A stretch of 64,000 nucleotides of DNA from NCBI GenBank assembly GCA_963662465.1, contig OY759599.1:4672001-4736000 (forward strand), written 5' to 3'. Made by a program: the position numbers and the translations under genes. Position 1 is the stretch's first letter; every line of letters starts with the position of its first letter. Source of the stretch: Desulfatiglandales bacterium. GTDB taxonomy: Bacteria; Desulfobacterota; DSM-4660; Desulfatiglandales; Desulfatiglandaceae. Positions 1-10,612 of this stretch are shown here, one piece after another. The notes under the pieces are model-generated. The model saw only the letters and a list, made by a program, of their open reading frames with translations. It had not been told where the DNA came from and made no database searches.

Positions 1-1136
1 GAGACGTCCGCCGAAATGGCCGCGGGGTACACCCCGGTGCGGGCCGCGTCGATGGCCCGGACGTCGATGTCGCTGGCGAAAATCTGAATGTCAAAGGCAC
101 ACCGAAACATTTCCATGCTCTCCTGAAGGAGCATGGCCATGGAATAGGCCTCTTCACCGGTGGAACACCCCGCTACCCACACCCTGACCGGCCGGCCTGC
201 GTCCCGGTTCTTGAACAGACCGGGAAGCGCTTTCTCCTGAAGGGCCGCAAAGGGTTCCGCATCCCTGAAAAAGCTGGTGACGCCGATGAGCAGATCCCTG
301 AACAACGCCGTCCGTTCGGGGGGGGCCTCCTGGAGATAGCGCAGGTAGTCCGCCATTTTCTCGATCTGGTTGACGGCCATGCGGCGCTCGATGCGGCGCA
401 AAATGGTGGTCTGTTTGTAGTTGGAAAAATCGTGGCCCGTGTGGCTTCGAATGATGGCGAATGCCTTTTGAACATGGTTCACCGACTGCTTTTCGGAAGC
501 CATGACGGGGGGGCGCCCGGCCTCCACATAGGGGTGCTTCACATACCCCAGAAGCTGCTTCGGCATCTCTTCGGGCGACAGGATATAGTCCACCAGCCCC
601 GTATCCATGGCGCTTTGGGGCATGCCGTTATACCGGGCGGATGCCAGGGACTGAACCATGGCCATGCCCCCCCGCCCCTTGATCTCCTTGAGGCCCAGGG
701 TGCCGTCGGACGCCGTGCCCGATAAAATAATGCAGATGGCCTTTTCATTCATTTCCTCGGAGAGGGACCGAAAAAAGAAGTCGATGGGAAGACTCATCCC
801 CCGGGTCTCCACGGGATCCAGGAGTTGAAAGCTTCCGTTGATGAGCGTCACGTTTTTGCCGGGCGGCGCCAGGTAGACGTGATCGGGGGTCACTTCCAGC
901 CCGTCTTTGATTTCCGAAATGGCAAGGGATGTCTGCTTGGCCAGAAGAGAGCCCATGATGCTCTTGTGGGTAGGGCTCAGGTGTTGAACAGCGCCTCGAG
1001 GGCCTCCCGCCGACGCGCCGATCCCCACGATGGGAAAGGAGCGGATTTTTCCCTCCTCCTTAGAAACATCGGCGACGGCGTTACGGGGCCCCGACGGGGC
1101 ATCGGTTTTGTCGGCGGCTTTCTTTTTGGGGGACAT
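1..1136 (-). CDS. CheB/CheR fusion protein (partial, runs off the window start), with a short internal deletion
   Basis: Manual translation from ATG 1136 gives MSPKKK...IVGIGASAGG..VQHLSP...ILSGTASDG (CheB S/H/D), then GHDFSNYKQTTILRRIERRM and GCSTGEEAYS (CheR). Spot checks keep the frame to position 3. About 20 aa that normally lie between ASAGG and VQHL are missing. Confidence 0.9.
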   Translation of the reverse strand, partial: MSPKKKAADKTDAPSGPRNAVADVSKEEGKIRSFPIVGIGASAGGPRGAVQHLSPTHKSIMGSLLAKQTSLAISEIKDGLEVTPDHVYLAPPGKNVTLINGSFQLLDPVETRGMSLPIDFFFRSLSEEMNEKAICIILSGTASDGTLGLKEIKGRGGMAMVQSLASARYNGMPQSAMDTGLVDYILSPEEMPKQLLGYVKHPYVEAGRPPVMASEKQSVNHVQKAFAIIRSHTGHDFSNYKQTTILRRIERRMAVNQIEKMADYLRYLQEAPPERTALFRDLLIGVTSFFRDAEPFAALQEKALPGLFKNRDAGRPVRVWVAGCSTGEEAYSMAMLLQESMEMFRCAFDIQIFASDIDVRAIDAARTGVYPAAISADV

Positions 1137-1251
1137 TGTTCCATCCTTTCGGTAAGGGGTTGATGGGGGGGGGGGAAACCAGCATCGCATCACTATAATC
1201 CAAAGCGGGGTTCGTCCGCAAGCCAAAAAAAATAAGAGAGGGAGTGGGGGG

Positions 1252-1608
1252 TTAAATCTCAAATTCGTGAGCAATCTCTTTTAGTGCTGATACAATCATA
1301 TCTTTCACGGCTTTCTCATTCCCAAATGACTTTTTAGCATAAATTGCCAGGGGGACAACCTTGCCTTTATCCTCGATGAAAAGATGAAACAACCGTAACC
1401 CGTTGCTTTTCCCAATCTTATGTTCAGGCAAATCGATTCGCATTTTCCTGACAAACAGGGCCCCAAAACCTGGATAGCGGTCTCCTTGCGCGGGGTTATC
1501 CTTCAAACTGTTGATTGTTTTTCTTATGTGATTTTTTGATTTAGGGTATTTTTTAGCGAGTTTCTTAAGGTTTTTGGTAAAAGAATTGGGTTCCCGAAGC
1601 TCGTACAT
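1252..1608 (-). CDS. RelE/ParE (HigB-like) type II toxin
   Basis: 118 aa basic protein: FTKNLKKLAKKYP...GDRYPG...VRKMRI...GKSNGLRL...LAIYAK. AT-rich. Confidence 0.8.
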   Translation of the reverse strand: MYELREPNSFTKNLKKLAKKYPKSKNHIRKTINSLKDNPAQGDRYPGFGALFVRKMRIDLPEHKIGKSNGLRLFHLFIEDKGKVVPLAIYAKKSFGNEKAVKDMIVSALKEIAHEFEI

Positions 1609-2048
1609 CAGGCGGCGTCAGCAATCCTGTTGATAAGGTTTTTTATTTCAATGTCTGATCCAATAAGACAATCTTCGGCAATCTCGCCCCAGGATTCAAG
1701 GGTGCGGCGGTACAAACGAAGGATAGGCCATTTCCATAAGTACGGCGATGCTTCCAACATTGAAACGCTTTTTATGCATAAATCCATTACGTCTTTGGTA
1801 TGCCGATAGAAGGTTTTCAGGCAGTTTCCGGTATCACAGGCTTCTTCGCATAAAGCCATTGAATCACGGATTTTCCGGGTAATGCGTTTAGAAGACAGGT
1901 ATATTTTAAAAGCAACGGCAGTCGCAACAAGGTTAAGTCTGAGAACGCCGACAATGCCCTTTGCGTCAGATTCTAAAATTAAATAAACGTTCCGTAAATC
2001 ATTTTGCAAACCATTGTATTTGGCTATTTCCATGCTGCATACCTCCAT
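1608..2048 (-). CDS. Hypothetical protein, probable cognate antitoxin
   Basis: 146 aa ORF whose stop overlaps the toxin start. It is AT-rich like the toxin and has no motif I recognise. Confidence 0.6.
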   Translation of the reverse strand: MEVCSMEIAKYNGLQNDLRNVYLILESDAKGIVGVLRLNLVATAVAFKIYLSSKRITRKIRDSMALCEEACDTGNCLKTFYRHTKDVMDLCIKSVSMLEASPYLWKWPILRLYRRTLESWGEIAEDCLIGSDIEIKNLINRIADAA

Positions 2049-2252
2049 ACTTAAAAAGTATCACACATGCGGTTTTCAGCGTCAAGGCAAATATAGAGCG
2101 CTCGCTTTTCACTTCTCCCGAAACAGGGCCGGGCCAAAAAAGGCGAACACAAACCATTTGACGGTCAGGGAAAGGTGGGGTAGAATTTTGGGACTGACCG
2201 CCGGAAAACATGAAAACAGATGCCGATAATACTGACATGAAGGATTTTACCC

Positions 2253-4101
2253 ATGAAAGATACCGGGCAAAACAAGGAAAAATCGGAGATCCTGCGCAGG
2301 CGGGCCGAGGCGTTTCTGCAGGAAACATCCACCACCATCAGGGAGATGCCCACGGGCGACATCAAGAAGTTGATCGAGGAGCTTCAGATCCACCAGGTGG
2401 AGCTGGAAATACAGGGGGAGGAATTGCGCCGGGCCCAGATAGAACAGCAGGAGGCCCGGGACCGGTACGTGGATCTCTACGATTTTGCGCCGGTGGGGTA
2501 TGTGACCATCAGTGAAAAAGGGTTCATATTCGAGGCCAATCTGGCCGCAAGCGCCCTGCTGGGGGTGGAGCGGTCAACGCTTGTGGGGATGCCCTTCTCC
2601 GGATTTGTCGCCACCGAGGACCAGGATCTTTTCTACCACCACAAAAAAATGCTCCTGGAAACCGGGCATCGGGAGAGCTGTGTATTGCGGCTGCTGAAAC
2701 AAGACGGCCGGTGATCTGGCCGGCCTGCCGAAAGCGGCGCTTCCGGGCCGATATTGCCATGAGATCTGGCAGCACCGTGATACCCCCTGCGAAGGATGTC
2801 CCGCGCAGCGGGCCATTGAAACGGGTCAACCCCAGGAGGGCGAAGCGATGACGCCCGACGGCGTTTTCTGGTTCCTGAACGCCTATCCCGCCTTTGACGA
2901 CAAGGGAACGCTTTTGGGCGTCACGGAGGTGGGACGTAATATTACCGTACGGAAAAGACTCGAGGGCCAGCTCCAGCAGGCCTTGAAGATGGAGGCCGTG
3001 GGGACCCTGGCGGGAGGGATCGCCCATGATTTCAACAACATTCTGGCCATTATCCTTGGAAACGCGGAACTGGCCCTGGATGACGTCCCCGAGGGAACTC
3101 CCACCCATGGGTCTCTAACGGAAATCACTCGGGCCTCCCTTCGGGCAAAGGAGATGGTCCGGCAACTGCTGGCCTTCAGCCGCAAGAGCGACGAAGAACA
3201 GCATCCCCTGGAATTGACGTCCGTTATCAAGGAATCCATGAAAATGCTTCGAAACGTCATTCCCACCAGCGTTGCGTTCCAAACGCATATCCCGACGGCT
3301 TCATGGACGATTATGGGGGATGTGGCCCAGATCAATCAGATCATGATGAACCTGATCGCCAACGGGGCCCAGGCCATGCCCGACGAAAAGGGCCTCCTGG
3401 AAGTGACCCTGGAAAACATGACCCTCGGGGAAGAAACCGCGTGCTTCAGCTCAACCATTGCCCCGGGCGATTATGTCAAACTGAGCGTGAGCGACACGGG
3501 GGAAGGGATCGCAACCGAAGATCTGGACCGGGTTTTCGAGCCCTATTACACCACCAAGGAGGTGGGCAAGGGGACGGGAATGGGTCTTTCGGTGGTTCAC
3601 GGCATCGTCAAACGGCATGGCGGCGGAATCCGGGTGAAGAGCGACCCCGGAAAGGGAACGCGCTTCGAGATCTATTTCCCCGCTTTCAAAAAAACCGTTG
3701 AAGCGGAAAAAGAGACCCCGGAGGAAATCAGAGGGGGCACGGAAAGCATCCTCATGGTGGATGACGACGCCGCCATCGTGAATTTGAACCACCAGCGGCT
3801 TACGCGGCTGGGCTACCGGGTCAAAAGCACGGTTGAACCCCTGAAGGCACTGGAGTGGTTCAAGGCCGATCCGGACGGGTTCGACGCGGTCATCAGCGAC
3901 ATGACCATGCCGCAAATGACCCGGGAGATCCTTTCCATTCGCCCCCAAATGCCGGTGATCCTCTGCACCGGCTTTAGCGCGCGGGTAACCGAAAAGGACG
4001 CCCATGCCCTGGGTGCGGCCAAATACCTGGAAAAGCCGCTGGAAGTCAGGCATCTGGCGACCGCCCTTCGGGAGGTGCTGGAGGAAAAAGGGGCGCGTTG
4101 A
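2253..4101 (+). pseudogene. PAS-PAS hybrid histidine kinase, frameshifted by a deletion
   Basis: 2253-2714 encodes ELEIQGEEL...YDFAPVGY plus a partial PAS. From 2701 another frame reads KTAGDL..RYCHEIW..PCEGCP into HisKA (GGIAHDFNN), HATPase and REC. The REC also lacks a few residues (MTMPQMT|REIL). Confidence 0.85.
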
Positions 4102-4130
4102 TCCCGGAACTTCGCCCAACGCCAACTTCG

Positions 4131-4487
4131 TTATTTTCGTATGACCGTCTCCAATTCCGATTCCCACCCTTTGCAGACCAAAGCGATATACCGAGGTACA
4201 GGACGTTTGCACGTACCGTATGCGCTTATGGTTCGGGGTGTAATCCCCAAAGCGACAGCGGCGTCTCTCAGGGAAAGGCCGTGTTTGGCGCGCCACTTGG
4301 TGAAAATACGGGTGTTTTCATCAGCCGCATTCTGGGCCTGAGCGTCAAGCCACAACGTATCCGCGCCGATTTGGATATCTAAATCCGGCCATTCCACTGT
4401 CCATCCTTCACCCGGAACGAGCGTGGCCCTGGAGAAAACCGCCGGATCTTTGAGCGGCGCAAGGCCGGGGGATTCAATGATTTTCAA
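4131..4487 (-). CDS. DUF2442-like plus HTH antitoxin, probably 5'-truncated
   Basis: LAPLKDPAVF...VEWPDLDIQIGADTLW followed by an XRE-type HTH (WRAKHGLSLRDAAVALGITPRTISAY). Confidence 0.7.
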   Translation of the reverse strand: MKIIESPGLAPLKDPAVFSRATLVPGEGWTVEWPDLDIQIGADTLWLDAQAQNAADENTRIFTKWRAKHGLSLRDAAVALGITPRTISAYGTCKRPVPRYIALVCKGWESELETVIRK

Positions 4488-4604
4488 TTAATTTATTGCA
4501 TCTCCTATCAATCGGTGATAATTTTGACATTATGGTTTGCATATGTGACAGATGCCCTCTCAGAATCGACGTGTAAGGATCTGTTCATCCCTGGTTAGGT
4601 TCTA

Positions 4605-4796
4605 ATGAGTAAAAGGCAGAGAAAGAACACCGCCAAGTACCTTTATGATATCAGCAAAGGGATTGCACTCCTTGCTGTTGTGGGAAACATGGTCCAAGAT
4701 CACTGAAACCTGTCAAATCTCCTTATTGGACTCTTTGCCGCTTTTGGCTTTTTCGTATGGGGTTATGCAGTTGACGGAGGTTTCCAAAATGAGTAA
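4605..4796 (+). pseudogene. Small two-TM membrane protein (DUF6722-like) with an internal TGA
   Basis: MSKRQRKNTAKYLYDISKGIALLAVVGNMVQDH*NLSNLLIGLFAAFGFFVWGYAVDGGFQNE, with the stop at 4704-4706. Confidence 0.6.
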
Positions 4797-4884
4797 CCTG
4801 ACCATTCTATTTATTATCCTTGCCATTATAGGCTTCACGGGCGCCCTCTTTACAGTCCTCAAACAGCGCAAATCTCGCCGATGA
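4789..4884 (+). CDS. 31-aa single-TM peptide with basic tail
   Basis: MSNLTILFIILAIIGFTGALFTVLKQRKSRR. GGAGG RBS upstream; overlaps the previous stop. Confidence 0.65.
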   Translation: MSNLTILFIILAIIGFTGALFTVLKQRKSRR

Positions 4885-5115
4885 CATCACCGTATCCTCA
4901 GAGATAGAAATCGTTCTGATCATCTCCGTGGATGAACCTGCTGAAGGGTCGCCTCAAAAGGGACGCCCGGTCCACCCGCACCTTAACGTGGTCCGGACCC
5001 AGACCCAAAAAAACCCTTAACTTCCATGGGGACCTGAAAGATATTGCCCACTAAAATAACGAAGGCATCAATGTCCCCCATTATGAATTTTGAATTAATT
5101 TCAACAACTAAAAGA

Positions 5116-5255
5116 TATATTCCACAAAAACCTTGGTGGATATCGCCAACGCAAAGAGGGAGAAAATTATGAAAAAAACAGATATCGCTAAAGAACCATG
5201 CTCTGAATGTGGCGGTAGACTGGAGCGAAAATATATCTCACGCAAAGGTGCAAAG
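5116..5255 (+). pseudogene. Remnant of a DUF4258-type toxin C-terminus plus YgiT/MqsA-type zinc-finger N-terminus
   Basis: YIPQKPWWISPTQRGRKL* overlaps (ATGA, 5169-5172) MKKTDIAKEPCSECGGRLERKYIS, which breaks at a CGCAAAG repeat. Confidence 0.55.
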
Positions 5256-5305
5256 TTTTTCCGTTGCCAATATTTTTCCAGCAATTTTGCATTCGAAATG
5301 CATAA

Positions 5306-6022
5306 TTGCACATCGGCGGTTACCCGGAACTCGTTGCCAACCCGGTACGTGATATCTACCTCTGGCACAGCAGCTACGTTCAAACCTATCTTGAACGGGA
5401 CGTCCGCACCCTCCGCCAGGTGGGCGACCTTTCCCAATTCCAGAGCTTTCTCAGGGCGCTGGCTGCACGGACCGCTCAACTTCTGAGCCTCAGCGATCTC
5501 GCCCGGGACCTGGGCATTGCCGTGAATACGGTCAAGGCGTGGCTCTCCGTACTAGAAGCGACCTACCAGGTCACCGTACTCCGACCCTACTTCGCCAATG
5601 TGGGAAAACGCCTCGTCAAAACACCCAAAATCTATTTCACGGACGTAGGAACGCTCTGTTATCTGACCGGGCTCAAAGACCCCGAGCATGCGGCGCATGG
5701 CTCCATGGCCGGTCCGATCATGGAAGCCGCCGTGCTCTCTGAAATCGTCAGGACCCTCACCCATCGGGGCCACGAACCACAGGTCTATTTCTGGCGGACC
5801 TCAACCGGAGCGGAAGTAGACATCGTTGTGGAGACCGCCGGCAAGCTCATTCCCGTCGAAGTCAAGCTCTCCGCCACTCCGCGACCTGCGTTTGCGGCCG
5901 CCATTCGTACTTTCCAGAAAGACCTTGGCAACAGAGCTGCGTCCGGGTACGTGGTTCATCCAGGAGATGTTTGCTTGCCCCTGGGACCGAACGTAACAGC
6001 ACTGCCCTTCGCCGAACTCTAG
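5306..6022 (+). pseudogene. AAA_14/DUF4143 ATP-binding protein, N-terminal half deleted
   Basis: Starts at GGYPE with no Walker A. Contains YLERDVR, KRLVKTPKIYFTDVG, YFWRT..EVDIV..PVEVK. Confidence 0.85.
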
Positions 6023-6037
6023 CCGCTTCCATTCCCA

Positions 6038-7709
6038 CTATATCGTCTTCCTCTTTTCCCTCTCTCTTTCAACCGGCAGCCTCACTCTCATGGTGGTCCC
6101 GTCCGGTCCCGTCTCGGCCACCGCAATCTCACCCCCGTGGTCCTTGATGATGCCGTAACTGATGGAGAGCCCCAGACCCGTCCCCTTACCCACCTCCTTG
6201 GTGGTGAAAAAGGGATCGAAGATTCTGTCCAGCTTGTCCGCCGGAATGCCGCACCCGTTGTCCCGGACAAGGAGTTCGATAAACCCTTTGGATTGTTGAT
6301 TGTTGATTTTGGATTGTTGATTGTTGATTTTGGATTGTTGATTGGGTAAGGAATATCGGGTGGTGATCTCAATTTTTCCCCCTTCGATCTCCAATTTCGA
6401 ATTTTCAGTTTCATTCCGCAATCCGCAATTCAACGGCGTCTCTCGCATTGCCAATCAAATTCAACACCACCTGCTCCAGTTCATTGGGATCCCCCTTGAC
6501 TTGGGGAATATCCGGGGAAAGGGTCTTTTCGACCGTGATATTCCGAAGCCTGAGTTGTTCTCCGACCATGAGAAAGCACTCTTCAATGACCCGGTTCATG
6601 TCCACGGGGACGGAAACCTTCTCCGACTGTCGGCTGAATTGCCTCAGATGGTTGATGATGTTCATCATGCGCCTGGTGTTTTTATCGACCACATCCCCCA
6701 GCTCCGGAAGATCGCCGGCATCGGAAGTCCCTTTCTGAGACTTTCGCAGGGCCAGCTGGGCACTCATGCGCATCACCGTCAGGGGCTGGTTGAGTTCATG
6801 GGCCACGCCCGCGGCAAGCTCCCCGATGGCGGCGAGCTTGGCCGCCTGGACGAGCTGGGCCTGGGTGTCGCGGAGTCTTTCATCGGCGAGCTTTCGCAGG
6901 GAAATGTCCCGGGCAATGCCCAGCACTCCTTTCTTTCCATCTAAGGTCACCGGGTAGGTTCGGACTTCAACAAAGAATTTTTCTCCGTCTTTACGGATCA
7001 GGGTGAATTCCTCCGGCCCCCCGGGTTCGCCCGTTGCACTCCTCGCCAAATGCTGAAACACCCTCGGTATCTCCTCCGGCGAAACGAGGTTTAATTCCAG
7101 AAAATCCCTTCCAATGACCTCTTCCTTACCATATCCGATCAGATCTTCCGAGGTTCGGTTCATGTCCTGAAATACCCCTTTGAAATCGAGCAAAAAAATC
7201 CCGTCCGGGGCGGCATCAAAGAGAATTCTCAACCGCTCTTCGCTCTCTTTGAGTTCGTCCAAAACCTTTTTTTCCTCTGATATATCCCGGCCGACCGCAA
7301 CCATGGCGTGGGGATGGTTTTGCGCATCATGGAGTAAAGAAAACCGCATACTCACGGGGATTTCTTCACCCGATGGATTCACGGACCGGCACTGAACGGT
7401 TTTAAACGGAATTTTCCTTGAAATGATTTCACGGATGCAACCTATCACCTTTTCTCGGTCCTCTTCATGGATGAAATCCCCCGCCGGTTTTCCCAGCAGG
7501 ACTTCCCGCGCAAGCCCCATCCGTTCCACCATAATTTTATTTACATAGGTAACTTTCCCAAAAAGATCGGTGATGGTGATCCCGTCCGCCATGGCATCCA
7601 GGATAGAAGCGATTTTCTCGATCCCGGCCAGGGCACGGAGCCCGGCAAGTTCCGCCTTCAGGTCCTTTACCTGCTGTTGCGGCGATTTGTATGACGGTTT
7701 CTTCTCCAT
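6038..7709 (-). pseudogene. PAS-PAS NtrB-type histidine kinase, frameshifted at a (TTGCGGA)2 repeat
   Basis: 6411-7709 has PAS x2, AGVAHELNQP and the N-box. 6038-6454 has G1/F/G2 ([20 protein letters not shown]). The frames meet at the repeat 6415-6428. Confidence 0.9.
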
Positions 7710-7823
7710 AAACCTTACCCTTGCTTACGCTTGCCAACCTCCCACGGTTTCGTGTCTTTAAGGAGTTAAGAGCAAACAAATTCTCTGTTGTTTTACCAAC
7801 CCACCTATGTTAACGTTTACACC

Positions 7824-7961
7824 ATGAAGCCCATCCGATATACCAGACATGCAAAAAACAGAATAAGGATTGCAAATAAATATCTAAGGGTTACATATCT
7901 TGTATCAAAGGAAGAGATCCTTGTATTAACCGCGGTAAAAAAGAAAAAAGGATGGAGGTGA
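7824..7961 (+). pseudogene. DUF4258-type toxin with internal deletion
   Basis: MKPIRYTRHAKNR|IRIANKYLRVTY...ILVLTAVKKKKGWR, only 45 aa, directly upstream of a DUF2283-type gene. Confidence 0.6.
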
Positions 7962-7967
7962 TCGGTT

Positions 7968-8195
7968 TTGAGAATTGAATACGATAAAGAGGCGGATGCC
8001 CTGTATATCCAATTACGGGAAGTATACGTGGACGATAATATCGACCTTGAAGAAGGGATCACAATCGATCTGGATGCAAAGAGACATGTGGTGGGGATCG
8101 AAATCCTGGATGCCGGCAAGAAATTATCATTGAATGATATGGCTAACATAACCATTGAAAACCTCCCTTTAGAGATCGCCGCGGCAGCCGCTTGA
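7968..8195 (+). CDS. DUF2283 family protein (putative antitoxin)
   Basis: MRIEYDKEADALYIQL...ITIDLD...VVGIEILDA. Confidence 0.85.
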   Translation: MRIEYDKEADALYIQLREVYVDDNIDLEEGITIDLDAKRHVVGIEILDAGKKLSLNDMANITIENLPLEIAAAAA

Positions 8196-8217
8196 TGAAG
8201 CGTCAAGAATGATCTTT

Positions 8218-8545
8218 TCATTCTTCTCCCTCTCTTTCAACGGGCAGCCGGATACTCATGGTGGTCCCGTCCGGCCCCGTCTCAGCCACCGCAATCTCAC
8301 CCCCGTGGTCCTTGATGATGCCGTAACTGATGGAGAGCCCCAGACGGGATCCCGGGCCCGTTGTCTTTTACGAGGATTTCGACAAATCCGCCGGATGGTT
8401 GATGGTTGATTGTTGATTGGGTAAGGAATGTCGAGTGGTGATTTCGATTATCCCCCCTCTGATTTCCAATTTCGAATTTCCAGTTTCATTCCGCAATCCG
8501 CAATCCGCAATTCAACCGCATCTCTCGCGTTCCCAATCAGGTTCG
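8218..8545 (-). pseudogene. Orphan HATPase 3' fragment, a diverged duplicate of about 6050-6460
   Basis: Aligns by eye with the 3' end of the 6038-7709 kinase ([15 protein letters not shown] ... [28 protein letters not shown]). It lacks the F-box segment and has different repeat counts. Confidence 0.9.
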
Positions 8546-8745
8546 GAATCATTCAATGTCGCTTTGTTTGTTGGGGGCTTCATTGTCACCATACTATTTT
8601 TTGCTTTAGGTTTCTTAATTGACGGCAAGGAGTTGAGAAAATGACATACTTTGGAATCGCACTGATCATTCTTGGTGTTTTTGCTTTAGCAGGTATTATT
8701 TATATCCAGCTTGACAAAAAGCACTTTAGACCAAGACAAGACTGA
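8546..8745 (+). other. Second small-membrane-protein pair: C-terminal remnant (to 8644) plus a 34-aa single-TM peptide (8641-8745)
   Basis: ..FNVALFVGGFIVTILFFALGFLIDGKELRK* overlaps MTYFGIALIILGVFALAGIIYIQLDKKHFRPRQD*. Same layout as 4605-4884. Confidence 0.6.
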
Positions 8746-8747
8746 TT

Positions 8748-10612
8748 TCAATTCCCAACCGGCAGCCTCACCTTCATCGTCGTCCCCTCCCCCTCGCTCT
8801 CCACCCGAATCCGGCCGCCGTGCATCTCCACCAGCTGTCTGACCAGGCCAGACCCAGTCCCGTTCCCGGGCTCTTGTCCGTATACCCCCCCTTGACCTGA
8901 TAGAATTCCTCGAAGATTCTTTCCAGATCTTCCGGATGGATTCCGATGCCGGAATCGGCTACGGAGATTTGAATTTTGGATTGTTGATTGTTGATTGTTG
9001 GATTGTTGATTGTTGATGGGTATATTCCGCTTTTAAATCGCCAATCGACAATCCGTGCGGTTACGCGGATGCTTCCCCCGTCGGGCGTGAATTTCGCGGC
9101 ATTTGAAAGCAGATTGTACATAACCTGTTTGAGCTTCCGCTCATCAGCGGTGATTGTAAGCTTCGATGCTTCTTCGGATACCTGAAGTGCAAGGCTTATG
9201 CCATGGTTGTGGGCCTTTTCCTTGATCATAACCAGGCTGTTCTCCAGGAGATCGTTCAGATTCAGCCGGGAAAGCTCGAGGGCCGTCTTTCCCGCTTCCA
9301 CCTTGGAGAGATCCAGGATGTCGTTGATCAGGGAGAGGAGGTGCTTTCCACTGTCATGGATATCCTTCACATAGCCGGTCTGTTTTTCATTGAGGGTCCC
9401 GAAATATTCGGTCCCCATGACCTCTGAAAAACCGATGATGGCATTTAAGGGCGTGCGCAGTTCATGGCTCATGGAAGCGAGAAAACCGCTCTTGGCCTGG
9501 TTGGCCTTGTGCGCCTCATCCATGGCCGCCACAAGCCGCTTTTCCACCAGTTTCCTTTCGGTGATATCCCTGATGACGCCCACGGTTCCCAGAAACACTT
9601 TATGATTTGTCCTGGGGTTGTTGGCCCACAACCCGGAGCTGTTCACTTCGGCCACCACCCCGCCCCTATCCAGAACCTCAACAACACCCGGAACGGCTTC
9701 CCGGTTGCCTTTTGTTTTCAATATCACCTCGAGGCCCATGGTCTTTCGTTTTCCCGTTCGTTTCTCATCAAAAAGCCTGGGGGCGTCCTTATCCCCCAAC
9801 ACTTTTCCCCGATATCGCGGCAACACCTTTGAACGGCTGACATTTACCAGATCGGCGGGAATGATGATCTCGCTGAAATGCTTTCCCATCAGCTCCCCGG
9901 GGTCATACCCCAGGCTTTTTACGGGCTCGTTGATGAAGGTAAACCGTCCTTCCAGGTCAATGCGATATATGATGTCGGGGACCGTGCTCACCAGGGCCTC
10001 GAATCTCGCCTCCGCACGCTCCAGCTCATATACTTTGGCCTCCAGTAAATCCATGGCCTGCCTGAGCCGCTGCCGCGTCACCACGCCGTAAAAGGAGGAG
10101 GAAAAATTGAGACGAAAGTACTGGGCCAGAAAATCGGCATCCCCGCTTTTCAGATCCCAGAGCAGAACAACGGAGGGGATTTCGCCCCCCGACATCATCT
10201 TCCAGCAATAAAAATCGCCGGAAAAAGATTCCGCCTTCAGAATACAGTTCTTTTCGCCGCAAAGGCCGTTGGGACAACCCCCTGGGATTTCAAATGAAAT
10301 GGTCGTCCCCTTCTTCATGTTTTTTGGAACCGCTCCTTTCGTGCCCGCAACCCAATAGCTCGAATCTATCTTATAAAGAAAGGCGGCGCCCTTACAGGCG
10401 CCCAGGGGGGGGTCAATCCCTTCCAGAATAATGTCGACCGCCTCTTCGGGAGTTTGGGCCTTTTCCACCTTTTCCAGAATATGGAAGGCGTGGGCCATCT
10501 TTTCATTATTCTCGACAAATACGGAAAGAAACCCTTCCGTTTCCCTCAACTTTCGCGCCAGTTCTTCATAGCTCGGCTTATCATTCATTGGAAACCCCCA
10601 TTCCGCGATCAC
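8748..10612 (-). pseudogene. PAS sensor histidine kinase with a -1 frameshift near the C-terminus
   Basis: ASMSHELRTPLN, N-box, G1 and G2 are present. After GLGLA (about 8846) adding one base restores [17 protein letters not shown]...RLPVGN*. Confidence 0.85.

Noticed and set aside
1165..1175. G11 tract upstream of cheBR as a phase-variable promoter
   Set aside because: It appears to lie downstream of the candidate -10 rather than in the spacer, and there is no evidence of variation.
4898..4975. Minus-strand PAS fragment (VDRASLLRRPFSRFIHGDDQNDFYL)
   Set aside because: A short kinase relic resembling the 30489 gene; not a gene in itself.
6050..8545. Diversity-generating retroelement template/variable repeat pair
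   Set aside because: No reverse transcriptase in the window, and the differences include indels and are not adenine-specific.
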